A stretch of 63,046 bases of DNA, the filler included, from a bacterium (GTDB lineage Bacteria > UBA9089 > CG2-30-40-21 > SBAY01): NCBI GenBank assembly GCA_040757115.1. It is 9 parts of 9 records of this genome, joined end to end, with 100 filler letters (N's around TTAATTAATTAA, not from the genome) between each part and the next. Parts side by side here need not be neighbours in the genome. Positions count along the whole stretch, not along the records: positions 26,392 to 50,042 come from JBFLYA010000040.1; 8 more parts are not named here. The stretch is one strand, 5' to 3'. A program made the position numbers and the translations under genes. Below are positions 29,781 through 40,281 of the stretch, piece by piece; within the stretch, counting starts at the first letter, position 1; the number at the start of each line of letters is the position of its first letter. The notes below the pieces were generated by a model. It made no database searches. It was given only the letters and a program-made list of their open reading frames with translations, and was not told the origin of the DNA.

Positions 29781-31085
29781 ATGAATTATTCGCAAGTTAT
29801 TGATTATCTTTATAGTTTAGAAAGATTTGGTATTCAATTAGGATTAGAAAGAATTACCAGATTGTTAGATATTTTAGGCAATCCGCATAAGGATTTGAAA
29901 TATATTCATGTCACCGGAACGAATGGAAAAGGTTCTGTTGTAACTTTTATTGGAGAAATCTTAAAGACTGCCGGCTTTAAAGTCGGTATCTACACCTCTC
30001 CTCATTTTATATCATTTACAGAAAGAACGACGATTAACGGCATTCCCATCTCTGAAGATGATGTCGCACAAATAATCTCTGAAAAAATACTACCGGCAAT
30101 AAAAATTCTTCCTCCGGATTTAACCCATCCTACTTACTTTGAAATAGCCACAGCGATTGCTTTAACATATTTTGCCTGGCAAAAGGTTGATTTTGCGGTA
30201 TTAGAGGTGGGTCTGGGCGGAAGATTAGACGCAACTAATGTTGTTACACCTTTAGTCAGTGTCATTACTTCGATTGGATTAGAACATCAGGATGTTTTAG
30301 GGGAAACTTTAGAACAAATTGCTTATGAAAAGGCAGGAATAATAAAACAAAATGTGCCAGTAGTTAGTGCGGTAGCTCCACTAAAAGCCAGAGAAGTAAT
30401 AAAAAAACTTGCCAAATCACAAAATTCAAAACTCTACCAGCTGGGTAAAGAGATAAAATTTAGCATAACCCAATATCCTGCCTCAACCTCAAATTATCAA
30501 TTTAAAGTGCGTGGATTATTGGGAGAGTATTCAGAGTTACAAACTTCACTTTTAGGCCACCACCAGATAATTAACGCCACAACATCAATTGCTACAATAG
30601 AGATTTTAATAAAGCATTATGGACTTAAAATTACTCCTCAAGATATTAAAAAAGGTTTATTCGAAGCAAAAATTCGGGGTAGATTAGAACTCATAAAGAA
30701 AGATTCACTTAGCTTTTTATTAGATGGGGCACATAATCCTGCAGGTGTGATTGTTTTAAGAAAGGCACTTAAAGACTATTTTCCACACAGAAGATTAATT
30801 TTAATTATTGGAATCCTGAATGATAAAGATATAAAAACAATGATGAAAAAATTACTCTCTCATAATGAGCGTATTTCCCGCATAATTATTACTCACCCCA
30901 AAACAAATAGAGCGGCAGATACAAAAACAATATATCAAGAAGTAAGTAAATATACGGATAAAATTATAGTTATTCCTCCCGTCGAAGAAAGTATAAAATA
31001 TGCCGCATCAATAGCCAGTTCAGTTGATTTAATTTGCATCACTGGTTCATTATACACTATTGCCGAGGCAATTGAGCTTTTGTAA
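29781..31085 (+). CDS. folC: Folylpolyglutamate/dihydrofolate synthase
   Basis: HVTGTNGKGS, YTSPH, LEVGLGGRLDATNV, LDGAHNP, TGSLY. Confidence 0.96.
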   Translation: MNYSQVIDYLYSLERFGIQLGLERITRLLDILGNPHKDLKYIHVTGTNGKGSVVTFIGEILKTAGFKVGIYTSPHFISFTERTTINGIPISEDDVAQIISEKILPAIKILPPDLTHPTYFEIATAIALTYFAWQKVDFAVLEVGLGGRLDATNVVTPLVSVITSIGLEHQDVLGETLEQIAYEKAGIIKQNVPVVSAVAPLKAREVIKKLAKSQNSKLYQLGKEIKFSITQYPASTSNYQFKVRGLLGEYSELQTSLLGHHQIINATTSIATIEILIKHYGLKITPQDIKKGLFEAKIRGRLELIKKDSLSFLLDGAHNPAGVIVLRKALKDYFPHRRLILIIGILNDKDIKTMMKKLLSHNERISRIIITHPKTNRAADTKTIYQEVSKYTDKIIVIPPVEESIKYAASIASSVDLICITGSLYTIAEAIELL

Positions 31086-31359
31086 CTATTCCGTGCTTGT
31101 AACCGTTCACCGCAGAGACACAGAGAGGCAGAGAAAAAATTAAAATCTATCATCAGAGACAGAAATTTCCTTTTTTTGTGCATTTTGGGTCTTTCGTTAT
31201 TTATTAATCTTTTAATACTTACTTTCGACTAACTGTTTTTAAGCATTTTTAAACACCGAAAAACGCGAAAAAAAGATATTTTCCTCTCTGTTTCTCTGCG
31301 TCTCTGCGTCTCTGCGGTAAAGGATTACCTGAACGGTTACCCGTGCCCTTTGTTCAGTG

Positions 31360-32787
31360 CTAATTGGTTTTAATTCTTTTTAAAGACACTTCCTTGCCTA
31401 ATACCGCTATGATTTCAGGTAACTCAGGGCCGTGTATCTTACCAGTCAATGCCACTCTAATTGGCATAAATAATTCTTTACCTTTGACACCAATTTCTTT
31501 TCCTATATCTTTAATCACTGATGCTATCTTTTCTGGGGATAAATCATCTGTCTCTTCTAATTTTTTAGAGAAGTAATCTAATATTTGCGTTGCCTTCTCA
31601 CCATTTAAAATCTCTTTTGTCTCATCATCGAAGATTATTTTTGAATTAAAAATGTAATCAACCTGGTCAGTAATTTCTGAGAGGCAATTTATGCGGTCTT
31701 TAACCAAATCCACGACTGCCTTAAGCCACTCAAAATCACCACAACAGGTGACACATCCTTTCTTTTTCAAATAAGGGATAGCCAATTTAGTCAATCTAAC
31801 CAAATCAGCATTTCTAATGTAATTGCCATTCATCCAGTTTAACTTATCTATGTCAAAAATCGCCGGACTTTTGGTCACCCGTTCTAATGAAAAATCTTTG
31901 ATGAGTTCATCTACAGAATAAATTTCTTTGTTTTGCTCAGCTGAAGACCAACCGCGCAGTGCCAGATAATTGACCAATGCCTCTGGTAAATAGCCCAGTT
32001 CTCGATAAGCCTCTGTGGATGTTGCCCCATGTCGTTTTGAGAATCTTGCCCCATCTGGTCCTAAAATCATTGGTAAATGTGCAAATTGTGGCAGGTCAAA
32101 TCCAAATGTTTGATAGAGTAATATTTGTTTAGGGGTATTTGATAAATGGTCATCCCCACGAATGATATGGGTTATTTTCATTAAATAATCATCTATTACC
32201 ACCGCGAAGTTGTATGCCGCAACACCATCAGAGCGAATAATGACAAAGTCATGCAGGATTTCTGAAGAAAATTCTACATCCCCTCGAATTAAATCCTGGA
32301 CGACAATCATCTCGTTTATTTCCGGGATTTTAAATCGAATGACGGGTTTTCTGCCTGCGTCTGTTAATTGTTGTCTTTGTGATGTGGTTAAATTTCTACA
32401 CCTACCATCATATCCGTGTATTCCTTGTTTTCTTTTTGCCTCCAGTTCTTCCTCAGTGCAATAACAATAATATGCCCTGTCTTCTTGCAAGAGTTTATCC
32501 GCATATTCTTGATAAATTTTTAATCTTTCTCGCTGGCGATACGGGGCATACTCGCCACCGACTTCAGGACCTTCATCCCAATCAAGCCCAAGCCATTTCA
32601 ACGAACTAATAATTGTTCCTTCAGAGGCTTGTGCGGACCTCTCTAAATCCGTATCTTCAATTCTTAAGATAAATTTACCCTTGTGGTGTCTGGCAAATAG
32701 CCAGTTAAATAATGCTGTGCGGACACCACCTAAATGGAGATAACCTGTTGGACTGGGTGCAAATCTTACCCTAACCTTCTGTTCCAT
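31360..32787 (-). CDS. gltX: Glutamate--tRNA ligase
   Basis: RFAPSPTGYLHLGG, LRIEDTD, IRGDDHL, FSKRHG. Confidence 0.96.
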   Translation of the reverse strand: MEQKVRVRFAPSPTGYLHLGGVRTALFNWLFARHHKGKFILRIEDTDLERSAQASEGTIISSLKWLGLDWDEGPEVGGEYAPYRQRERLKIYQEYADKLLQEDRAYYCYCTEEELEAKRKQGIHGYDGRCRNLTTSQRQQLTDAGRKPVIRFKIPEINEMIVVQDLIRGDVEFSSEILHDFVIIRSDGVAAYNFAVVIDDYLMKITHIIRGDDHLSNTPKQILLYQTFGFDLPQFAHLPMILGPDGARFSKRHGATSTEAYRELGYLPEALVNYLALRGWSSAEQNKEIYSVDELIKDFSLERVTKSPAIFDIDKLNWMNGNYIRNADLVRLTKLAIPYLKKKGCVTCCGDFEWLKAVVDLVKDRINCLSEITDQVDYIFNSKIIFDDETKEILNGEKATQILDYFSKKLEETDDLSPEKIASVIKDIGKEIGVKGKELFMPIRVALTGKIHGPELPEIIAVLGKEVSLKRIKTN

Positions 32788-33262
32788 AGCCTATTTTTAC
32801 CACACTTACTACGGCTACACAGGCAATTGCCTCTTTTTCACCAATGATACCGAGTCCTTTAGTCGTAGTAGCTTTGATATTTACCTCCTCTTCCTCAACA
32901 TTAACCACTTTAACCACATTCTTTTTCATCTGGTCAATGTATGGAGACAATTGCGGTTCTTGAGCGATAATGGAGGCATCAATATTATTTATAATAAAAT
33001 TTTTCTCCGTGACTATTTTATAAACTCTTTCTAACAAGGTAATGCTGGAAATTCCCATTAATTCAGGTTTGCCTACACCGAATGTTCTGCCAATATCTCC
33101 CTGCCCCACACTGCCTAATAAGGCATCAATAATTGCATGGATTAGAACATCGGCATCCGAATCGCCTTCTAATCCCTTTTCATAAGGAATTTCTACCCCA
33201 CCTAAGAGCAATTTCCTACCTTTGACTAATTTATGAATATCAATTCCAATTCCAACTCGCAT
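32771..33262 (-). CDS. ispF: 2-C-methyl-D-erythritol 2,4-cyclodiphosphate synthase
   Basis: RVGIGIDIH, SDADVLIHAIIDALLG, GDIG, NIKATT. Confidence 0.93.
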   Translation of the reverse strand: MRVGIGIDIHKLVKGRKLLLGGVEIPYEKGLEGDSDADVLIHAIIDALLGSVGQGDIGRTFGVGKPELMGISSITLLERVYKIVTEKNFIINNIDASIIAQEPQLSPYIDQMKKNVVKVVNVEEEEVNIKATTTKGLGIIGEKEAIACVAVVSVVKIGYGTEG

Positions 33263-33526
33263 TTTTTATCTTCCTTGAAAATAATCCGCAAGATTTTACC
33301 GCAGATTCTCCTGAAAATAGGTTATGGGACGCAGATTTTCGCAGATGAACAGGATTAAAATTAATTTTTTATTATTGTATTTCTATAGTTATTTCCTTAG
33401 AGTCTCTTGATGTTTTTATAGTGCCTTAGTAGTTTTTCTTTAAAATCTTGTAAATCCTGTAAATCTGCGTCCCATTAATTTTCATCGTCCTCTGTGTCCA
33501 TCTGCGAAGAAAAATCTTGCCTCCCA

Positions 33527-36500
33527 TTACCCTTTTTCTATCTTAAACAAGCTCAGGGTGCCGTTCTGGTTGGCGGTGAGGATTAGGAGATTGCCACTTT
33601 TATCCTCAGTGAGGCTTATACCCATCGGTATCCATAAAAGATGGATACACTGAATCTCTTTGCCGCTGGCTACATCCCATAGCCTGAGGGTATTATCACT
33701 TGATGCCGAGAGGACGCTTTTGCCATCTATAGAGAAGGCACAACTCAACACCGCATCCGTATGTCCTGAGAACTGCCGCATCTCTTTGCCGCTGGCTACA
33801 TTCCATAGCCTGAGGGTCCTATCCCTTGATGCCGAGAGGATGCTTTTGCCGTCGCCAGAGAAGGCACAACTCAACACCTCAGCCCTATGTCCTGAGAACT
33901 GCTGTATCTCTTTGCCGCTGGCTACATCCCATAGCCTGAGGGTCCTATCCCTTGATGCCGAGAGGATGCTTTTACCATCCGGAGAGAAGGCACAACTTAA
34001 CACCGCATCCGTATGTCCTGAGAACTGGCGCATCTCTTTGCCGCTGGCTACATCCCATAGCCTGAGGGTATTATCCCTTGATGCCGAGAGGATGCTTTTG
34101 GCGTCGTTAGAGAAAGCACAACTCCACACATCATCCGTATGTCCTGAGAACTGGCGCATCTCTTTGCCGCTGGCTACATCCCATAGCCTGAGGGTGCTAT
34201 CACTTGATGAAGAGAGGATGCTTTTGCCGTCATCAGAGAAGGCACAACTCAACACCCCAGCCGTATGTCCTGAGAACTGCCTCATCTCTTTACCACTGGC
34301 TACATCCCATAGCCTGAGGGTCTTATCCCTTGATGCCGAGAGGATGCTTTTGCCGTCGCCAGAGAAGGCACAACTAAACACCACATCCGTATGTCCTGAG
34401 AACTGCCTCATCTCTTTACCACTGGCTACATCCCATAGCCTGAGGGTTCTATCACTTGATGCCGAAAGGATACTTTTGCCATCGCCAGAGAAGGCACAAC
34501 TCAACACATCATCCGTATGTCCTGAGAACTGGCGCATCTCTTTGCCTCTGGCTACATCCCATAGCCTGAGGGTTCTATCCCTTGATGCCGAAAGGATACT
34601 TTTGCCATCGCCAGAGAAGGCACAACTCAACACATCATCCGTATGTCCTAAGAACTTCCGCATCTCTTTGCCTCTGGCTACATCCCATAGCCTGAGGGTC
34701 TTATCACTTGATGCCGAGAGGATGCTTTTGCCATCGCCAGAGAAGGCACAACTCAACACCGCAGCCGTATGTCCTGAGAACTGGCGCATCTCTTTGCCTC
34801 TGGCTACATCCCATAGCCTGAGGGTTCTATCCCTTGATGCCGAGAGGATGCTTTTGCCGTCGCCAGAGAAGGCACAACTCAACACCGCATCCGTATGTCC
34901 TGAGAACTTCCGCAGCTCTTTGCCGCTGGCTACATCCCATAGCCTGAGGGTTCTATCCCTTGATGCCGAGAGGATGCTTTTGCCGTCGCCAGAGAAGGCA
35001 CAACTCAACACCGCATCCGTATGTCCTGAGAACTTCCGCAGCTCTTTGCCGCTGGCTACATCCCATAGCCTGAGGGTTCTATCCCTTGATGCCGAGAGGA
35101 TGCTTTTGCCGTCGCCAGAGAAGGCACAACTCAACACCGCATCCGTATGTCCTGAGAACTTCCGCAGCTCTTTGCCGCTGGCTACATCCCATAGCCTGAG
35201 GGTCTTATCACTTGATGCCGAGAGGATGCTTTTGCCGTCCGGGGAGAAGACACAACCCGTCACCACATTATCATGTTTCAGGTTAGGTGAGCCAAAGAAA
35301 CCTTGAAGGGACTTACCTACATTCGTTGAGTAATATCCAAAGTTTTTGTCCTCAGGATGGTATCCTTGGGTATCAAGACAAAGGACATTAGAATAGAAGA
35401 GAGAAGACTCATCCCGCCATTTCCTTTGCCAGGCATCAATCATCTCCTTTTGGACTATCTTCTCTAATAAGTTCATTCGTAGATTGAGCAATTCAGAGGA
35501 GGTATCAAAGAAATTTTTAGCCGGGATGTAGGTTTCCAGCAATGTATTTCTGGATAGCCTGGATGAGCCATCAAAATGCCTTAAGGCATCATTTAATACC
35601 CCTTTATCTTCACTCATAAGGACATCACTCATGGTTTTATATACCCATTCAGGTCTTTTCTTGCTTATCTCTTTTTCTTTTTCTTTTTGCGGTTTTATAG
35701 TTTGAAGTTTTTCCAGCTCCTCTTTCTCTATCCTTTCCATGCCGCATAAACAGCGGTATAAAAGTGAGGTATGGGCTAAATCCTTACCGTTTTTAAGCCC
35801 TGCAATGATACTATATCCTATCTCCCTATCCTTTTCAGAGGCAATAGAGAGGGTCTCAAGTCGATGGTCGATGTCTATCCGAGCAACCCCTTTAATGTCT
35901 ATCCCTTTATTTATTGTTATCCATCTGGCGGCGAGAAATTCCATTACTGTAGAATGGAGGAAGGTTAACTCTTCATAGCCTGAAGGGATGAGGAGTTGGG
36001 TATTAATGAGTTCCGTAATCCAGTCATCTGCATCTTTCACCTCACTTTTCTCAATCTCGGCTTTGATAGTAGTCCGGTTGATGTCTCTACGAGGGGAGCC
36101 GCTTACCGATTCATAGAGGCATTGGTAGGATAGAGAAGAGAGGCAATCATATTGTTTTGCCGCCTCAGGTTTTTTTAACAGTGAATCTGGCTTTTTGGCT
36201 TCAATGAAGAATTCCCTTATCCTCTCAGGATATTCAAATTCCCTAAATTTTATTCTCTCCCATATTCGTAAGAGGAAGAACTTAACGAGGATATCGAACA
36301 TTACATATCTTCTTTCAATTTTCTCAAAAAACTGATAATATATCATCAGCAGGATAGCGGTAAGTGGTGTGCCGGCAATTCTTTTTACCACCTCTTCCCT
36401 CCAGACAACCTCATCAAATCTTTTATAAAGTTCTGTCTCTTCACCATAAAAGCCTTTAACTAATTGCCGTAGTTGTTCTGTATCAAGTGAGGCAACCGTA

Positions 36501-38254
36501 AATATGGGGATATCATCGGTGTGGTAAACATCCTCAATCTTTCTTGAGGTAAGGAAGAGTTTATTTTTGTCCTGCTCTTTAATTTCTTTCATCAGGTTTT
36601 TTATTATATCCATTATTATCTTGCGGTTTTCTAATGATGCTTCATCAAACCCATCCACATATAGGGCTAATGAATTATTTTCCCATTTTTGTAGGGCTTC
36701 ATTTGTTGCTGTTTGCAAGGCAACTTCTTCATCTACAGTCAAGGTTTCCGGCTCTCTTTTAGGGAATAGGAAGCCAGAGAGGAGGTATGCTATGGCAGAA
36801 GACCGCTCATATCTTGCCGATTCAGGTTTATGACCCATCCTTTCACACCATTTGCCAAAGTCTGGCAGTTCCCTGCAGGGCACAAAGATAGGTGTCTTTT
36901 CATCCTTGAAGGTAGAATGGGTAAAATAATGCAGGATAGTGGTCTTGCCTGCACCGGGAATGCCATAGATAAATCCTTTGTTAAATGTTTCAAATACCTC
37001 TTTGGCGGTATATGAGGTCTTTTCCTTTTCCTTCTCTTCCTCATATTTTCCCTTTACCTCTATACTCAATCCTCTGGGTAGGAAACCAGCTCTTTTGGAC
37101 ACACCTGTTTTTTGAGTAAGGGTTATATCTATGTTAAGATTGATAAAGTTTTGCTCAATGTCAATAGAGGGATACAATCCTGCCAGCACCGGGATAGTTT
37201 TTGATTTATCTTTAAGGGCTTGTAGTTTTGCCTCAAAGTCAGATAGCCTTGCTTCCTGTGGCAGGAAGAGGCGATGGAGGAAGACTTTTTGGGTTTGGGT
37301 AAATCCTTTTAGATGGAACTCGCCTAAGGGGACGGAACTGATATTATTTGGTTTAAGCTGGGCTTGTAATCCCTGAAATAAGGCATCGGTAACGATTAAT
37401 TCATCCTGCATTGCCTCTTTCTCTATTCTAAATGTTCGTATAGCCTCAGAGCCGGTTAAATCTATCTTCTTGCCTTTTTCATCAAGCCAAAATTGGCAAT
37501 AACCCAGATGTGCAATCATCCGCAATAGAACCTTGAAGCCAAACTTATCTTTTATCTGCCGCTCCCGAAACAAGGCAAGCATCACCTGGGTAAGTTCCTG
37601 CGTCTTATTTGAGTCGCCAAAAAACAGCACCCCATCACCGATAGACCTTATCCATTCAAAGCCATAATCTTCAACAACTTCTTTGGATTTCTGGTAATAG
37701 TAATCAAGGAATTGTTGGGTGTAGGAATGACCCAGTCTTTCAGATTGAGGAGTGAAATTGACAATATCTATGAGGCAGAGGATACCACATCCCTGTGCGG
37801 TATTAATCTTAAAATCAAAACTACCGCCTGTGCGTCTTGAGAATAAATCCGGTGCCTCTCTGGCAATCCGAACAAAGCCTGTATCCTGAACCCAGAAGAT
37901 AAAGTTATGGTTATACTCTGCTAACACATCCCGTGAGAGATTCAGGTTGCTTAGTGCGTCGGTCGGAGCATCATCCCAGCCGTAGAAAGAGACTACCGCA
38001 GGCGGGTCAGTAGGTAGCTTGTTGTCTCTAAGTAGCTGTAATGGGTCTGGGTTATCTGAGGTGATGTAGAACTCGTGGAATGACAAGAAGGGTAATTTTT
38101 GGTTGTGTCTCTCTTCTTTAATTCTCTCAATGATTCGCTTTGGGACTTCTTCCTGATTATAGACAGCGAGGACAAACTTACAGGTTTTAGCAACATCTAT
38201 AAGAGTATAGAGCCTATTAAATTCTTCTTCAAATTGACTAATCTTTCCGTTCAT
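33527..38254 (-). CDS. NLR-like STAND protein: N-terminal domain, class III nucleotide cyclase, NACHT, WD40 repeats
   Basis: DIVNFT..IGDGV cyclase motifs; GIPGAGKTT Walker A; YVDGFDE Walker B; GTPL; 13 WD40 repeats. Confidence 0.9.
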   Translation of the reverse strand: MNGKISQFEEEFNRLYTLIDVAKTCKFVLAVYNQEEVPKRIIERIKEERHNQKLPFLSFHEFYITSDNPDPLQLLRDNKLPTDPPAVVSFYGWDDAPTDALSNLNLSRDVLAEYNHNFIFWVQDTGFVRIAREAPDLFSRRTGGSFDFKINTAQGCGILCLIDIVNFTPQSERLGHSYTQQFLDYYYQKSKEVVEDYGFEWIRSIGDGVLFFGDSNKTQELTQVMLALFRERQIKDKFGFKVLLRMIAHLGYCQFWLDEKGKKIDLTGSEAIRTFRIEKEAMQDELIVTDALFQGLQAQLKPNNISSVPLGEFHLKGFTQTQKVFLHRLFLPQEARLSDFEAKLQALKDKSKTIPVLAGLYPSIDIEQNFINLNIDITLTQKTGVSKRAGFLPRGLSIEVKGKYEEEKEKEKTSYTAKEVFETFNKGFIYGIPGAGKTTILHYFTHSTFKDEKTPIFVPCRELPDFGKWCERMGHKPESARYERSSAIAYLLSGFLFPKREPETLTVDEEVALQTATNEALQKWENNSLALYVDGFDEASLENRKIIMDIIKNLMKEIKEQDKNKLFLTSRKIEDVYHTDDIPIFTVASLDTEQLRQLVKGFYGEETELYKRFDEVVWREEVVKRIAGTPLTAILLMIYYQFFEKIERRYVMFDILVKFFLLRIWERIKFREFEYPERIREFFIEAKKPDSLLKKPEAAKQYDCLSSLSYQCLYESVSGSPRRDINRTTIKAEIEKSEVKDADDWITELINTQLLIPSGYEELTFLHSTVMEFLAARWITINKGIDIKGVARIDIDHRLETLSIASEKDREIGYSIIAGLKNGKDLAHTSLLYRCLCGMERIEKEELEKLQTIKPQKEKEKEISKKRPEWVYKTMSDVLMSEDKGVLNDALRHFDGSSRLSRNTLLETYIPAKNFFDTSSELLNLRMNLLEKIVQKEMIDAWQRKWRDESSLFYSNVLCLDTQGYHPEDKNFGYYSTNVGKSLQGFFGSPNLKHDNVVTGCVFSPDGKSILSASSDKTLRLWDVASGKELRKFSGHTDAVLSCAFSGDGKSILSASRDRTLRLWDVASGKELRKFSGHTDAVLSCAFSGDGKSILSASRDRTLRLWDVASGKELRKFSGHTDAVLSCAFSGDGKSILSASRDRTLRLWDVARGKEMRQFSGHTAAVLSCAFSGDGKSILSASSDKTLRLWDVARGKEMRKFLGHTDDVLSCAFSGDGKSILSASRDRTLRLWDVARGKEMRQFSGHTDDVLSCAFSGDGKSILSASSDRTLRLWDVASGKEMRQFSGHTDVVFSCAFSGDGKSILSASRDKTLRLWDVASGKEMRQFSGHTAGVLSCAFSDDGKSILSSSSDSTLRLWDVASGKEMRQFSGHTDDVWSCAFSNDAKSILSASRDNTLRLWDVASGKEMRQFSGHTDAVLSCAFSPDGKSILSASRDRTLRLWDVASGKEIQQFSGHRAEVLSCAFSGDGKSILSASRDRTLRLWNVASGKEMRQFSGHTDAVLSCAFSIDGKSVLSASSDNTLRLWDVASGKEIQCIHLLWIPMGISLTEDKSGNLLILTANQNGTLSLFKIEKG
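33655..35280 (-). repeat. 126-bp tandem repeat (13 near-identical WD40 units)
   Basis: Directly visible DNA repeats; several consecutive units are essentially identical. Confidence 0.95.
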
Positions 38255-38397
38255 AAAATGTCCTTAACGATGGGGTGCACATCAATCCATAAATCATCGT
38301 TACGATATTCTAATAGAGCCAGGTTATGGAGTAGTTCGCGGACAACAGGTTCATTTGTTCCCTGTTTCTTCTCACCTTTATGAACCCTCCTTCTGGC
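38251..38397 (-). pseudogene. C-terminal remnant of an upstream ATPase partner gene
   Basis: Reads ..ELLHNLALLEYRNDDLWIDVHPIVKDIL* with ATGA overlap into the NLR gene; no 5' part present. Confidence 0.65.
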
Positions 38398-38498
38398 TAA
38401 AATTAACTATATCACAATATTCATCTATTGTCAATAAACTTTGTGCGACCTTCGACAAGCTCAGGGTCACATAGTAAGCCTGCCAAGCCATTTTTTTA

Positions 38499-38962
38499 AC
38501 CTGTGCAATCAATAATTCACCACGGAGACACAGAGGCACAGAGAAAAATTAACAGACAAGTCTCTTGAGGCCGTCTTTTAAAACAGGCACATTAAAATTC
38601 ATAATAAGACCAATTTTAATCCCGGACAATCGTAAATAAGTCAACAGTTGTGCAGTATGAATTGGTAGTATGTCCTCGACTACTTTAATCTCAAGAATAA
38701 CCTTTTCTTCGACTACAATATCAATTCGATACCCACAGTCAAGTTTGATTCCTTTGTATTCAAGAGGAAGAGGTCTTTGCCGTTCAAATTTCAAACCACT
38801 TAAATGAAGCTCGTGACAAAGGCATTCTTCATAAGCTGATTCCAATAGACCAGGCCCCAAATACCGATGAACTTCTATTGCCGCTCCAATTATTTGCTCT
38901 GTAAGTTCTTTTTCTAAAATCATTACTCCGTGCCTCCGTGTCTCTGTGGTGATTGCACAGGT
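38499..38962. mobile_element. GxxExxY gene unit with 13-bp perfect terminal inverted repeats and inverted 9-bp repeat arrays
   Basis: ACCTGTGCAATCA at 38499-38511 and its complement at 38950-38962; cacggagacacagaggcacagag / ctccgtgcctccgtgtctctgtg. Confidence 0.7.
38549..38923 (-). CDS. GxxExxY protein
   Basis: [39 protein letters not shown]. Confidence 0.95.
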   Translation of the reverse strand: MILEKELTEQIIGAAIEVHRYLGPGLLESAYEECLCHELHLSGLKFERQRPLPLEYKGIKLDCGYRIDIVVEEKVILEIKVVEDILPIHTAQLLTYLRLSGIKIGLIMNFNVPVLKDGLKRLVC

Positions 38963-39672
38963 CGAATCCCTTTATTTCCCCTTATTTTTCTATCCTTTAA
39001 TATTGCCTTTGCGACTAATAGGTCATAAGGTACGGTAATTTTGATGTTCTCATAGTCTCCTTTTACCCATTTTACCTTCCCGCCCAATCGTCTAATTAAT
39101 AAGGCATCATCTGTGGCATAAAAATTATCCTGATATGCCTTTTCGTAAGCATCTCTGATTAAATCATATTTAAAGACCTGTGGTGTTTGAATCATCACTA
39201 AACTATCTCTATCCCAGGTTTCTTCAATCCACTCACCACCATTTATTGATTTAATCGTATCTACTGGCGTAACACCAGGTATCGCTCCGCCTGTCTGTCT
39301 TGCCTCAGCAATAGTTTCATCTATTAACCGCTGGGTAATAAATGGTCTGGCTCCATCATGAATAAGAACTAATTCTGTCTCAGGAAGAACTTTTCTTAAT
39401 CCATTATAGACCGAATCCTGTCGCTGTTCCCCGCCCGGGATAACCTCAGTTACCTTTATAAACCTATATTTTTCTACAATCTCTCGCTGAGTATAGGCAA
39501 TATCATCTTGTGGAACAACGAGTATAATGTAATCAATAGACATTGATTCAGATAAAATTTTTAAAGGATAGTAAATCAATGGATGATTGTTAATCATAAT
39601 AAATGATTTAGGTATTTGGCTACTCATTCTTTCGCCTTTACCTGCGGCAACCAGGATAGCACAAATCTTCAT
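38923..39672 (-). CDS. ispD: 2-C-methyl-D-erythritol 4-phosphate cytidylyltransferase
   Basis: [43 protein letters not shown]. Confidence 0.96.
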   Translation of the reverse strand: MKICAILVAAGKGERMSSQIPKSFIMINNHPLIYYPLKILSESMSIDYIILVVPQDDIAYTQREIVEKYRFIKVTEVIPGGEQRQDSVYNGLRKVLPETELVLIHDGARPFITQRLIDETIAEARQTGGAIPGVTPVDTIKSINGGEWIEETWDRDSLVMIQTPQVFKYDLIRDAYEKAYQDNFYATDDALLIRRLGGKVKWVKGDYENIKITVPYDLLVAKAILKDRKIRGNKGIRPVQSPQRHGGTE

Positions 39673-40281
39673 TATCTTCTCCTTTTATTTGGTAATTGGT
39701 AACTGGTAATTGGTAACCTGGTTAAATATCGCAAAAATTCGGTGGTGTCTGAAAATAACTCTAATAGTGAAATCTATGCAGATTTGGTGTCCAAAAGGGG
39801 ATAAGGAGATAAAAGGAGATATGGAGATTATTCATTGTAATTTGCAAAATTTTAGAATGAATTTATCTCCTAATCTCCATAATCCCCATATCTCCTTTTC
39901 TTACACTATTTCAACCTTTATGCTATATTAAGACACCACCAAAAATTCGATAAATTTGTCGATTTTATCGAAATCTCTTTATCAACCATTTTTCAAAAAC
40001 CGGGTCAGCTATTTTGTATATTCCTCTTGTTATAACTGTTTTAAAGTAAATCCCATTAGTTTAGCACCTGTTTACTGTAATAAGTCAGTTATTTGGGGGA
40101 ATGAAAATAGTAGGCAAGTAGGTAGTAGGGAAGTAGGAAAGGGATAAAGGATGTGCACGGTATTCCTCTTCTGGGGACAATGTCTCCCCCTTTCCTACTC
40201 TCCTACTCTCCTACTTCCTACTTTCAGGAGAATCCCCCATTTCACTGACCCATTATTGTTTACCGTAGTTAAATATCGTAA

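Noticed and set aside
33660-35306. 548-aa plus-strand repeat ORF
   Set aside because: Antisense shadow of the WD40 repeats; one stop-free unit repeated explains its length.
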